The notes beneath the pieces are model-generated. The model searched no databases, was not told where the DNA came from, and saw only the letters and a program-made list of their open reading frames with translations. A stretch of 64,000 nt of DNA from IMG/VR virus record IMGVR_UViG_3300025896_000021, one strand, 5' to 3'. Source of the DNA: a virus. Its lineage: Duplodnaviria > Heunggongvirae > Uroviricota > Caudoviricetes. Shown piece by piece: positions 1-10,091 of the stretch. The first letter of the stretch is position 1. Each line of letters opens with the position of its first letter. The position numbers were made by a program, and so were the translations under genes.

Positions 1-1
1 T

Positions 2-1027
2 CCAAGTATCAGTCGATGAATTGTACAGCATCGTAGCAAATGCACCATTGACAGTAATACCGGCGCCGTTTGCCTCTGCTGCTGTCGTTGCTGACTTTGC
101 AACAGTTATGTTCAAATCTACTACGTCTAAGGTAGTAGCATTAATCGTAGTCGTAGTTCCGTAAACAATTAAGTTACCACCTACTGACACGTCCCCAGCT
201 GTAGTTAAACTTGTTAGATTACCAACGGAAGTAATGTTAGGCTGTGCTGCTGTTGTTAATGTACCTGTAAAGAAGTTAGCAGTAGCAACATTACCTAAGT
301 TCGCATTAAGTGAAACTACCAAGTTACCAGTAACGTTAGTGTTTGCAGAAAGCGATATAGTCCCAGTACCATTTGGATCTAGTGTTATGTTACTATTTGC
401 GTCGATACTTGAAATAGTAAAACCAGTAATATTCAAATTACCTAGATTAGCACTTTCACTAGCTACTGACCCACTAAACCCAAGAGTTCCGGCGTATCTA
501 GCTCCGCTTACATAAATGCTCTTACCAGTTACACCTGTTGCAATAGCAGCAGGAATGTTTGCACCAATGAAGTGTAGTACACCAGCTTGATAGTCAAAGT
601 ACCATTCGTCATTGTTACCTGAGCCTGCAGCAAAAATCTTAGTACCGGTAGTTTGCGGATTAGCAGCGCCGGCTGTATCAATGTACACTTGTACTTGATA
701 TGTAGAGCCAAACTCTACCGGTACCCAATCTGTTAAGTTAGTCTTCCAAGACTTATTATCACTAGCAGTAGTATCTTCGGTACATTGAATTGTTTTAGTC
801 CAGCTACCGGTGCCGTCTTTATATAAGGTGACAAGTGGAGTAGTAGTAGTCGGGATTGATGCTGGTATGTCACCTGATTGTGCCCAAACTTTGTCTCCCC
901 GCAATAACAATGGACTTGCAATCGCTTCTTCATATGCTTTCTTGTTGACGTCCGTATCGGTTTTAGCTACGCCGTAACCTAGCTTCTTCCATAGATAGTC
1001 AATTTTTTGTGTATCAGCAATAGCCAT
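2..1027 (-). CDS. Virion fibre/structural protein, partial (runs off the window start)
   Basis: Not in the ORF track. ATG at 1027-1025 overlaps the TAA of the upstream gene (TAATG). Hand translation: MAIADTQKIDYLWKKLGYGVAKTD...EWYFDYQAGVLHFIG...GTLTTAAQPNITSVG...GDVSVGGNLIVYGTTTTINATTLDV, open to the window edge; T/S/G/N-rich fibre-type repeats. Confidence 0.8.
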   Translation of the reverse strand, partial: MAIADTQKIDYLWKKLGYGVAKTDTDVNKKAYEEAIASPLLLRGDKVWAQSGDIPASIPTTTTPLVTLYKDGTGSWTKTIQCTEDTTASDNKSWKTNLTDWVPVEFGSTYQVQVYIDTAGAANPQTTGTKIFAAGSGNNDEWYFDYQAGVLHFIGANIPAAIATGVTGKSIYVSGARYAGTLGFSGSVASESANLGNLNITGFTISSIDANSNITLDPNGTGTISLSANTNVTGNLVVSLNANLGNVATANFFTGTLTTAAQPNITSVGNLTSLTTAGDVSVGGNLIVYGTTTTINATTLDVVDLNITVAKSATTAAEANGAGITVNGAFATMLYNSSTDTW

Positions 1028-3633
1028 TATGCAAAGCTCCATGAAGTCACAGTATCACCTGCATTCAGTGCGATACTGAATAAAATCTGATTACCTGTTG
1101 AGTTTGTAGTACTTATCGTACCCAATGAAATCGTATATGTCTGACTAGTAATCAGTGTACCTTTTGGTACTAATGCACCAACTGCACATCCGTTTGTTCC
1201 ATTGCCCGGACTAGTTGCGCCCGGTATACCTGAACCGTTGTATGCGATACTAGCATCTAACCAACCATTTAAGCTACTAGTAGTATCAATTGTTGTACCC
1301 GGTGCTGCAAAATATAAACCACGAATAGTGCCACTGATTGTTACAGTGAAACTACTACGTGCTGTTCTACTGAATGCACCAAAAAAGTATTGTGTACCAC
1401 TACGTCCTGTAGCTAGATCGGGTCCAGCTGGTAGATACGTCGATAAGTCGGTTGAGAAATTCTTCAGTTGATTCCAGCGAACGACTGCGCCGTCTGTACC
1501 TGCGATAGTTTGTGCGCCAGTCCAAAGACCACTAGTATAGTAGTTTGTAGCAGACGTAAATGCACGAGTGGGGCCAGTACCTGCGATTACAATTCGTTTA
1601 GCTACTGCGTTTGTTCCTCCCACTGCACATGCAATGCTGTCTTCAATGAATCCAGTTGGTGCAGCAGTGAACACTTGAATCTTTTTAGGATGAGATGCAT
1701 AAGTACCATTGCCATTCACATTAGTTGCTAAGAACTTAACTGTTTGAACTGATGCAACACTTGATGCAGTTATACTAATTGACTGACTACCAATTGTGTA
1801 TGCGCTAGCACTTACATTACCTGTATTAGCTTTTGGTATGCCACCTGATAAGAATGTTGTTGCACCATCTAAGTTTGCATACGTCTTAGTTTGTGATGTA
1901 ACTACGTTACCAGTTGTACTTTCATCATTCGCACCCGCTTCGATTTGAAACGGTGTAGTAGTATTTTGATATGTCTGGCCAATCCAGTTATAGATGTTTG
2001 CACTTGCTAATGTAATTGTAGGACTACCTGTGTTGTAGTATGGTACACCTGAAATATAACGATATGTTCCGTTTGTTGCGTTAGCTATTGTAGCAGTAGT
2101 CAAGTCTACGGTAGGAGCTAGAATAACATCATCTTTAACAAACTCTACGATGTTAGTATTTCCACTTGTACTATGGGACAGTTTCAAACTGTTAACTCCG
2201 GCACTGATGCCTGATGCAGTAGCTGCAACTTTAGCAGTAAAGCCTTGATACAATGATGGACTGTATGTTGACAATGCAAATGTAGTCGCAGTGCCTGCAC
2301 TGGTTAGTAAGTTGTAGTCGCTCTCCGCGACTAACACTAGTGAACCATTTGTCCCTGCATTGTTTGCAGAAGATAGTATAATATTGCCAGTGTCAGTTCC
2401 GTTTACAACAGAGCTTAACACGCCACTGTTTCCATCATATGCAAATGAAGTTAGGGTAACAGTTTCGATTGTACCAGTCGTTGCAATACTTCTGTTAACA
2501 CTTACGCCCGCAGTATACGTTGTTGCACCACCTGCATTATTTGCAAAGTTTGCAGCAAGATATGGACTTGTACCGACGCTAGAACTAAATGTAATTGTCT
2601 TTGTACCCAATCCGTTTGGTGCAGAGATACTTGGATTGTACACTTTAATTGCTGATGTACTGTTAGGACCTGCGGCAATATAAGAGGGTGTCGCTGTATC
2701 GTGAGAAGTTAATGTTAAAGTGATTGTCTTTGTACCTGTACCAGAATTCTGACCAGTTGCATAAACGTGACTCTTTCTAGCTGAACCAACCCCGCCGGCT
2801 ACACCATTACTAGCAATGGTATCAGTGACACCATCACCCCAGTTGATAGTATATGTGACTGTAGCACCGGTCGTGTTAGTTGTCAAGTTCTCAAGATAAA
2901 TTGTTTCGCCTTCTGATGCGTACAATGTACTACCAGTTAGTGCAGTACCACCAGTGCTTGCTCTATATAGACTAAAGCCTACAACAGGGTTAGCAGTATA
3001 GATTGTGATATAACTTGCTCTAGTGAATGATGCTTCACTACCTGTGCCAACACCAGCATTATTATACCCACGTACTGTCACCGTGTATGGTGTTAGTGAA
3101 CTAGTAGAATATACATGTGTTGGATTCACTATAGAAACTGCATTACTGTAAGTAGTGTCGCCCCAATTGATATCATATCTATTTGGATTACCTACACTAG
3201 TAATGGCTAATGTTACCGTAGACCCTACGCCGCTAGCAGTAGGAGTCCCAGTGAATGCTACACTTTTCACATACGTATTGTTACGTACATTTTCCATTGC
3301 TTCATTCAAGTCATCAATTGCATCGGTGACTTTAGTTTCTGCTGTCCATGAAGTTATTGTGCCTGGGCTAACTAAATCAGTATCGATTGAATCACCAAGC
3401 GGAACAGTATTACCTGATACACCGGTAAACCCACCAGTAGAAGATATACTGCCACTGACGACTAAGTTACCAGTAGTGGTTATATCACCTAAACTGCTTA
3501 TGGCTCCAGTGCTGCTTATGTTACCGGAAACACTTACTTCGTTAACAGTTATATTGGCATTAGCATCGACAAAATCCAGTGGGATTTCTCCCACTGTGTA
3601 TCCTGCGATTGAATTGAACTTTTTAATTGCCAT
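1027..3633 (-). CDS. Large T/S/G-rich virion structural protein with two PKD/Ig-like motifs (putative head/collar fibre)
   Basis: 868 aa; YDINWGD and YTINWGDG PKD-type motifs; N-terminal FNS-x-x-G-x-x-VGEIP motif shared with neighbours. Confidence 0.7.
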   Translation of the reverse strand: MAIKKFNSIAGYTVGEIPLDFVDANANITVNEVSVSGNISSTGAISSLGDITTTGNLVVSGSISSTGGFTGVSGNTVPLGDSIDTDLVSPGTITSWTAETKVTDAIDDLNEAMENVRNNTYVKSVAFTGTPTASGVGSTVTLAITSVGNPNRYDINWGDTTYSNAVSIVNPTHVYSTSSLTPYTVTVRGYNNAGVGTGSEASFTRASYITIYTANPVVGFSLYRASTGGTALTGSTLYASEGETIYLENLTTNTTGATVTYTINWGDGVTDTIASNGVAGGVGSARKSHVYATGQNSGTGTKTITLTLTSHDTATPSYIAAGPNSTSAIKVYNPSISAPNGLGTKTITFSSSVGTSPYLAANFANNAGGATTYTAGVSVNRSIATTGTIETVTLTSFAYDGNSGVLSSVVNGTDTGNIILSSANNAGTNGSLVLVAESDYNLLTSAGTATTFALSTYSPSLYQGFTAKVAATASGISAGVNSLKLSHSTSGNTNIVEFVKDDVILAPTVDLTTATIANATNGTYRYISGVPYYNTGSPTITLASANIYNWIGQTYQNTTTPFQIEAGANDESTTGNVVTSQTKTYANLDGATTFLSGGIPKANTGNVSASAYTIGSQSISITASSVASVQTVKFLATNVNGNGTYASHPKKIQVFTAAPTGFIEDSIACAVGGTNAVAKRIVIAGTGPTRAFTSATNYYTSGLWTGAQTIAGTDGAVVRWNQLKNFSTDLSTYLPAGPDLATGRSGTQYFFGAFSRTARSSFTVTISGTIRGLYFAAPGTTIDTTSSLNGWLDASIAYNGSGIPGATSPGNGTNGCAVGALVPKGTLITSQTYTISLGTISTTNSTGNQILFSIALNAGDTVTSWSFA

Positions 3634-3660
3634 ATGTCTTTCTCTAAGTTATATAGCTAT

Positions 3661-6228
3661 TTAGATGGTTCTGAATTGTGTCGTCCAAACTGTGCTAGTT
3701 GATCCTGTTGGGATGACTTTTAGTTGAACCTTGTTCACTGTGTCTACTACTGCAAACTCAACTGCAAATGTTCCTGCTTGTGCTGAATCATCAAAGTTTA
3801 ATTTGTTGTGTGTTGACATTACATCAGTACCATTATGAATAGCAGTGATAGTTGCAACAGTATACTTACCAGTAGCTGCGTCTTCACCTTTAACAAAGAA
3901 TTCAATTGCTCGGCAATTAGAAACATCAACTGAAACTAACGTAGCGGATGCAGTAGATGTTGTAGTAGCAGTTGCTGCATATACCGCAGTATCACCAATA
4001 GAAACTTTAGGTGTGATTACTTCAGTTGCAGCATTCACTGTAGGAGTATCAACACTAGTAGATGATGTCAATACGCCAGTAACATCTGCACCAGTTTCGA
4101 TTACGGTAAATGATGCTGCACCATTAACAGTTATGACTGTGTTTGCAGTTGTTACCGAAGTCCCTTCGATAGTCTCTGTAATCGAATTAACAAAAACGCC
4201 ACTAGATGCATTAGCAATTCTATCTGTGTGAATTACTGAGAATGATAATGTGCCGGCGCCGTCTGTACGCATTGCCACTACTTCTGTTCCATTGAGTGCA
4301 GGAGTTGCACCATCTGCTGTTGGGTACTTCAATGTACTAGCGTATAAGGTAGCAATTTTACCAATCGTAATATTTGCAGTATTACTTGTAGTAGTATCAG
4401 TAAGACCCAACATAACTTTAACGTTAGGCTGAGTATCTGTTTGAATAGTACCATATACATAATTGCTAGTCAATGTAGCAAGGCGTAGATTTGCTAGTGT
4501 ACCGGTTACTGCGCCGCCGTCAAGCGTAGTAGTAGACAGCATTTGAAATTCACTGTTACCTGTATTCCAACCCATAAACTGATTAACACTAGAGCTACCG
4601 TGTAGTAATAAACCGCGATCACCTACAGCCGTAACGATATTCCCACCAGAACCATCTCCACCTAAGTCGATGATTGCGTCTTTGATACTAGTGTTAGTTG
4701 TGTTGACATACGTTGTGTTACCACCAACTGTCAAGTCACCAGTAATAGAAAGACTACCTGCAATATCGGCGTTACCTGTAATAGCAGCATTACCTGTGAT
4801 AGCAGCGTTTCCACCTACTTGCAAGTTACCGGTCACATTCGCACTAGCTGCATTTCCTACACCTGCAGTACCGATTAATACATCACCTGCTATAGTTGCT
4901 TTACTGCTTACATAAATATTTCCACCAATACCAACTCCGCCTGCAACAGTTAATGCACCGGTAGATGCATCAGTAGTAGTTGCAGCATTCGATAGAACAA
5001 CATATCCACTAGCAGAAATATTATTTGCAGTAAACATTCCGGTAACAGTTTGATTACTAGTAGTAACAATATTACTATTGCTACCGGTAGTGCTAATCGT
5101 AGCATTACCCAACTTGATACTGTTACCAGACAACCATAAGTCTTTCCAAGGGTGCAATTCTGATCCCAAGTCAAGCGTTGCTGATCCATTAGGAATCAAG
5201 CTCGTTGTTACAAGTCCGCTGACTGCTAAGTTACTAGTAGATACAATAGCAGCAGTAACTGTTTCAGTTACGTTGACACTACCTGTAATAGTTGCACTGT
5301 TACTAACCGTCAATACGCCTGAAATATTTGTTGCACCTGAAATATTTGCAGTGCTACCCATTGTGACTGCGCCATCTAAATTAGAGGTGGTAGTAGCTCT
5401 TAATGTTTGGCTGCTTACTAATCCTGCATTTGCATAGATATCACCCGGGGCAAGTAATGCAGCATCACTGTTAAATGTCCATTGTTTACTATTACTTGCA
5501 ATGATAACATTAGCGTTTGAGTCTAATACTTGACCGCCTGTTTGAAAGTTAATAGCTTTAACATTTGAAACAGCAGTATTAGCAAGTACGATGTTACCGT
5601 CAACTTCTACATTAGATGAAGTTAGTATGTATCTAAGACCGCTAGATGCTTCCAGTTTAGAACTTCCACTAGATGCATCGTTAAAAATAAGCTGTGTGTT
5701 TGAGCCAGGTGCAGAAATTGTCGCTCCACCAGTAATATTACCACTGAAGTTACCAGTTACATTACCTGTCAAATTACCAGTAATTTCACCTGCATCAATC
5801 GTACCAACTGTGATTGAAGTTGCAGTAATATCGTTAGTTACGCTAATGTTACCAGCATTCATCTGGTCTACACTAATCGTATTAGCACCAATCGTATTTG
5901 CACTAATTGCGTTATTTGCAGTAATGTTAGTTGAAACAATATTACCACCAACTGTCAACGTGTCTAATGTTGATAGCGATGCATTTGCGTTAACAACGCC
6001 ATAAGTGAATACTAGATTGCCAGTTGCTGCAAAATTATTACTAGTGTTGAACTGAATGTAACCGTTACTACCCTGAGCTTCTTGCATGTCCCAAGCTACA
6101 CCGTTTGCATACTGCAAATTGTTTGTTTTAATAGTAGTAAAAGTACCTACACCACTAGGATCGATTACATTCGTAGGAATTTCACCTACCGAGAAACCAC
6201 CAACTGAATTAAACGTTCTTATAGCCAT
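3661..6228 (-). CDS. Fibre-like virion protein (beta-helix/beta-spiral type repeats)
   Basis: 855 aa; repeats ITGNLTGNVTGNFSGNITG and GNAAITGNAAITGNADIAG; shared N-terminal motif; C-terminal ~100-aa beta-rich domain also seen in the 6249 gene. Confidence 0.7.
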   Translation of the reverse strand: MAIRTFNSVGGFSVGEIPTNVIDPSGVGTFTTIKTNNLQYANGVAWDMQEAQGSNGYIQFNTSNNFAATGNLVFTYGVVNANASLSTLDTLTVGGNIVSTNITANNAISANTIGANTISVDQMNAGNISVTNDITATSITVGTIDAGEITGNLTGNVTGNFSGNITGGATISAPGSNTQLIFNDASSGSSKLEASSGLRYILTSSNVEVDGNIVLANTAVSNVKAINFQTGGQVLDSNANVIIASNSKQWTFNSDAALLAPGDIYANAGLVSSQTLRATTTSNLDGAVTMGSTANISGATNISGVLTVSNSATITGSVNVTETVTAAIVSTSNLAVSGLVTTSLIPNGSATLDLGSELHPWKDLWLSGNSIKLGNATISTTGSNSNIVTTSNQTVTGMFTANNISASGYVVLSNAATTTDASTGALTVAGGVGIGGNIYVSSKATIAGDVLIGTAGVGNAASANVTGNLQVGGNAAITGNAAITGNADIAGSLSITGDLTVGGNTTYVNTTNTSIKDAIIDLGGDGSGGNIVTAVGDRGLLLHGSSSVNQFMGWNTGNSEFQMLSTTTLDGGAVTGTLANLRLATLTSNYVYGTIQTDTQPNVKVMLGLTDTTTSNTANITIGKIATLYASTLKYPTADGATPALNGTEVVAMRTDGAGTLSFSVIHTDRIANASSGVFVNSITETIEGTSVTTANTVITVNGAASFTVIETGADVTGVLTSSTSVDTPTVNAATEVITPKVSIGDTAVYAATATTTSTASATLVSVDVSNCRAIEFFVKGEDAATGKYTVATITAIHNGTDVMSTHNKLNFDDSAQAGTFAVEFAVVDTVNKVQLKVIPTGSTSTVWTTQFRTI

Positions 6229-6248
6229 TTTATTTTTCCTTATTCTTA

Positions 6249-6953
6249 TTATGCTTTATAGCTTGTTACCAAAATCTTATAATTTGTCAAGTGAGCAGTT
6301 TGAGGTGTAACTGTTAATGTCACATTACCCCCAAAGTTACCCGGCTCGAAATTAACCTTAAAATCACCTACGCCCGGACTTGTCACTGGCGCATCGATTG
6401 TACCGTACTCATAGTACCCAACATCATTACCCAACACACTAGCAATCAATTTACTAGTCTGTCTAGTGTTTGCAACACCATCAGTTGCAATAATCGTATA
6501 ATCCATTGAACATACAGTTGGTGCTGATATTTTATGTAGCACTTGGTCAGCCGTCACACTATTAGTAGTAGCAATGAATGATGAAATTGTATAGAATTGA
6601 CTTTCACCCAATCCTAATGAGAAATTATTTGCAGTTAAGTTTTCTTCAACTGTAACTGATTTTGTATCTGGATTATACTTGATACTATCTGCGGTAGCTG
6701 CTAAGCCATAGCTGTTAAACAGCAATGCATTGTTAGGTCCAGTGATAGTGATATTAGCAGAAATGTTGCCCTGCAAGTTACCGTAAAAGTTAGTAGCTGC
6801 AATAGCGCCGGACACTGAAAGGTTACCGCCCACGACAAGATTGCCTGATATCGTAGCTTTAGGAGCCGTGATATTTCCGCTAGTATCTATGATGTTTACC
6901 GGGGGTATTCCTGTAGAAAAACCGCCCGCTGAATTGAATGCATCTGCTGCCAT
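6249..6953 (-). CDS. Short fibre/decoration-like virion protein
   Basis: Start moved to MAADAFNS (6953) because it aligns with paralog N-termini and follows a GGGA SD-like sequence; directly downstream of MCP with its own late promoter. Confidence 0.65.
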   Translation of the reverse strand: MAADAFNSAGGFSTGIPPVNIIDTSGNITAPKATISGNLVVGGNLSVSGAIAATNFYGNLQGNISANITITGPNNALLFNSYGLAATADSIKYNPDTKSVTVEENLTANNFSLGLGESQFYTISSFIATTNSVTADQVLHKISAPTVCSMDYTIIATDGVANTRQTSKLIASVLGNDVGYYEYGTIDAPVTSPGVGDFKVNFEPGNFGGNVTLTVTPQTAHLTNYKILVTSYKA

Positions 6954-6980
6954 GTATGGTCCCAAATATGTTGTATATCT

Positions 6981-6988
6981 TATTTATC
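6981..6988 (-). promoter_or_regulatory. T4-type late promoter (GATAAATA)
   Basis: 7/8 match to the gp55 consensus TATAAATA, between the MCP terminator and the fibre genes. Confidence 0.7.
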
Positions 6989-7019
6989 ATTATTGGGTGA
7001 TAACACTTTGGGTAGCCAT

Positions 7020-7046
7020 AAAAAAAGAGCACCGAAGTGCTCTTTT
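7020..7046 (-). terminator. Rho-independent terminator after major capsid gene
   Basis: AAAAGAGCAC-TTCG-GTGCTCTTTTTTT on minus; cUUCGg tetraloop plus U-tract, typical of T4-like phages. Confidence 0.9.
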
Positions 7047-7104
7047 AATTCCTTCCCGTAACGCAGACCTTAGTCTGCGCTCCCGAACAAGAAGATGTTT
7101 GTGC

Positions 7105-8301
7105 TTACTTGAATGTCAAGTTAGCAACATCGATTTCGCCTAGATAGTCTGCTGCATTACCGAAAGATGATGCAGTGTTTGTTAACTCAACATAACCGTA
7201 ACGAGTCATAAATGATACGACTGGTTCGAATGTTGATGGATCTAGAACAACGCCAGATGACATCAATGGGATGTAAGGGCAATAGAATGCCGCTGCATCT
7301 GTTTCTGATGTACCTTTGTAACCAACTAGAACAGCTTGGCTATCTGATGCATATGTGTTAACGAAAACACGCATAGCGCCATTCAATGTACCAACGAACT
7401 TAGTGTTAGTTGGAGCTTCGAAAGTTCCTTCTGTTGTACGAGCGAATGCTGATGTAGTTGCAGATTGCAATACAGTCAACACAGCAGGAGAAACAACAGC
7501 CCAGTTACCTGCGCCACGACGAGTGCGTTGAGCAATCTTGTTAGCAACACGGTTAATAAGAACAGCTAGAGCAGCGTGTTCGTCACCAACGAATGTAGCA
7601 GTACCAGATACAGCAGCTTGGTCGAATGTTTCTTCCAACGTAGCTAATGTGCTCAATGACAACAAGATTTCTTGGTCGATTTCAGCAGTAATTTCTTGAG
7701 CAAGCGCAGCCATGATTTCTGCTTCAACGTCAATACCATGTTGGGATTGTGCGTCTTGAGCAGCTTCAAATGTCCAGCGAGCTTGCAACTTACGTGACTT
7801 AGCTTCAACAGCTTGACGCAAGATTTGTACAGAGATTTGTTTACCGCCGTTACCTTCTAGAGCAGCAGTATTATTGCCAGTATAGATAGATGACGATGTA
7901 GAACCGTTTGTCTGTGTTGAGTAAGCCTGAGCAATTTTGAATGGGCTTAGAGCTTCTTCACCTGCTGACACGCTAGTTTGCGCTGTGCTGTTGTCTGTTA
8001 AAGACTGAGCATAACGTACACGTAGAGTGTGAATCTGACCTACTGGTCCTGTCATTGGCTGAACACCGACCAACTCGTTAGCGATAACTGTTGGCATAAC
8101 ACGACGGATAACTGGAAGAATCACACGATTTAACGTAGCGATGTTACCAGATGTTGTCGTACCGGCTGAAGATTCAGACAATAGCGATTTTTTGGTGTTT
8201 TCAAGAATAACACCCATTGTTGAGCGGCGTGTGCCTTTAAGACCTTCGAGTAGGGCTTCTTTAGTCTCATCCCAACGGCCTTCTAATAGAACTTGTGACA
8301 T
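7105..8301 (-). CDS. gp23: Major capsid protein (T4 gp23 family)
   Basis: VIRRVMPTVIANELVGVQPMTGPVGQIHTLR, AKSRKLQARWTFEAAQD, AAFYCPYIPL, MTRYG motifs; follows protease and scaffold; candidate maturation site LLSE/S near residue 43. Confidence 0.97.
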   Translation of the reverse strand: MSQVLLEGRWDETKEALLEGLKGTRRSTMGVILENTKKSLLSESSAGTTTSGNIATLNRVILPVIRRVMPTVIANELVGVQPMTGPVGQIHTLRVRYAQSLTDNSTAQTSVSAGEEALSPFKIAQAYSTQTNGSTSSSIYTGNNTAALEGNGGKQISVQILRQAVEAKSRKLQARWTFEAAQDAQSQHGIDVEAEIMAALAQEITAEIDQEILLSLSTLATLEETFDQAAVSGTATFVGDEHAALAVLINRVANKIAQRTRRGAGNWAVVSPAVLTVLQSATTSAFARTTEGTFEAPTNTKFVGTLNGAMRVFVNTYASDSQAVLVGYKGTSETDAAAFYCPYIPLMSSGVVLDPSTFEPVVSFMTRYGYVELTNTASSFGNAADYLGEIDVANLTFK

Positions 8302-8329
8302 TTTATGTTTCTCCTAAATTATGTCGTTT

Positions 8330-9430
8330 TTAAAGCCCTGCCAAACGTCTAAGGTCAATCACGTTATCACGCGGCTGATCTTCAACTTGTGTCATGGCAG
8401 ATTTATCACCGGTCATTGCTCTTACTGTCTCTGAAATCATAGGCTTTTTAGGGTCTTTCTTTTCATTGATGTTATTCAGCACTGCTGGTAAATACTTATC
8501 AAAAGCTGTCTGCAAACGTCCTGTTTGCACGCTTTCTAGTAAATCCCTCATTACGGTTGCTTTGTCCTGATTTAGAGAACCAAGCAATTCATTCATTGTC
8601 TTTTGACGGACATTGGATTCCTTAATGATACGGATTTCACGTTCTTTGTTTTCAACTAATTGCTTTGCAGCTTTCATTGTTTTAATGGATTCAGATAACT
8701 GAGCATCTTTTGCTTGAAGTTGGTTGTACAACTTACGTGTTTCAGCTTTTTCCTGTAAATGGGTTGTGCTGAATTCACTTGCGTAAGATTCAAAAATACG
8801 ACGACCAAAATCGTTTTCACGAGCGGTCTTGATATCTTCTTTCAATTGTCCTAGTTCACCCTTTAGATGTTTAGTAACAGCGACATTCATTCTTGTTGCA
8901 GATTCTGACACGAAACGTGTCTTCAATGCTTCAAGTTGTTTACGTCCTTCAGCAACTAACTTAACCTTTGCTTCGACCACAGCTTGTTTGTCTTGTGTGA
9001 ATTCTTTAATTTCACGTGAAAGAGCACGAACAACGAATTGTTCTAGCTTTTCTTGACTTTCTTTCTGGATCTTACGCTCTGTGCGTAGTTCTTTAATTTC
9101 TTCGGATAGTTTAGTAACCATGAAATTGTTGAACTTTGCTGCGTTTTCGTGTAGCTTACGCTTTGCGTTAACGCGGTCTTCATTCATTGCTTGTCTTTCA
9201 AACTGGAATTCTTCAATTTCAGTTGTAAGACCTTCTGTAACCATATTATCTAGGGCTTCTACCATTACGTTTTTGTCATGTTCATAACGTTGTGCGAATT
9301 CTTCTCGTAATTCAGCACGTACTTGCTCTTTGGCTTCATTCAATTTAGATTCCCATGCCTCGTTAATAGCGACACCGGTTTCTTCGTTGATTAATCCACT
9401 TTCAAGTAATGGTTTGATAGCATCTAACAT
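8330..9430 (-). CDS. gp22: Prohead core scaffold protein (gp22-like)
   Basis: 366 aa coiled-coil, E/K-rich; FGRRIFESY motif; located between protease and MCP. Confidence 0.85.
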   Translation of the reverse strand: MLDAIKPLLESGLINEETGVAINEAWESKLNEAKEQVRAELREEFAQRYEHDKNVMVEALDNMVTEGLTTEIEEFQFERQAMNEDRVNAKRKLHENAAKFNNFMVTKLSEEIKELRTERKIQKESQEKLEQFVVRALSREIKEFTQDKQAVVEAKVKLVAEGRKQLEALKTRFVSESATRMNVAVTKHLKGELGQLKEDIKTARENDFGRRIFESYASEFSTTHLQEKAETRKLYNQLQAKDAQLSESIKTMKAAKQLVENKEREIRIIKESNVRQKTMNELLGSLNQDKATVMRDLLESVQTGRLQTAFDKYLPAVLNNINEKKDPKKPMISETVRAMTGDKSAMTQVEDQPRDNVIDLRRLAGL

Positions 9431-9432
9431 GC

Positions 9433-10077
9433 TTAATCCCCTTTGTTGATTTTGAGGTCCTTGATAAGACGAAACATTTCATCTTTCAGGTATCTCTGTA
9501 CTTTCTTATCACTCTGAGCGTCTTTTGCAATATCCAATAATTTATGACCATGACGCATATTCATCATACCTTCATAAATCGCTTTCGGATAAGCATTAGG
9601 TGCGCTCGGTTGAGCAACAATATCCACAGTGACTATTTCGAAATCACTGACATGGCCATTAGCATCGTTAACGTTGCCGCTACCTCTGCTAGATACGCCT
9701 AGTTTAACACCACTCTCCAACATAGTAGACACTAATTGTCCCATCGGAGTCGGTAGAATCTTTAATTTACCAAATCCATTTGCACCATCCATCCACATTT
9801 GAGTAATCATATGTGATACACGGTCCAAATTGATTTTTAAATCGTCTGGGTGATCGACTTCACCTAGAACAGAATAACCACCTTGAACTTGTTCATTTAG
9901 AGCGTTAACAGCAGATTCAATTTCAGAAACAGGATACACACGCTCATTAGCGTTGCGTACCCCACCCTGAATGAATATCCCCTTCATATAAAGGGACTTC
10001 TTGTTACCTTCACCTTCACTTAAGACCTCCATGCTCGCACGGTCAAAAGTTAAGTGCTCTTTAAGATACAAAGCCAT
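9433..10077 (-). CDS. gp21: Prohead core protease (gp21 family)
   Basis: GIFIQGGVRNANERVYP, LGEVDHP (His), TPMG, GVSSRGSG (Ser), DIVAQPSAPNAY. Confidence 0.95.
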   Translation of the reverse strand: MALYLKEHLTFDRASMEVLSEGEGNKKSLYMKGIFIQGGVRNANERVYPVSEIESAVNALNEQVQGGYSVLGEVDHPDDLKINLDRVSHMITQMWMDGANGFGKLKILPTPMGQLVSTMLESGVKLGVSSRGSGNVNDANGHVSDFEIVTVDIVAQPSAPNAYPKAIYEGMMNMRHGHKLLDIAKDAQSDKKVQRYLKDEMFRLIKDLKINKGD

Positions 10078-10091
10078 TATCTTAGGTATCC

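Noticed and set aside
1202-6310. Many 60-170 aa plus-strand ORFs opposite the fibre genes
   Set aside because: V/L/P-rich mirror translations of T/G/N-rich sense genes.
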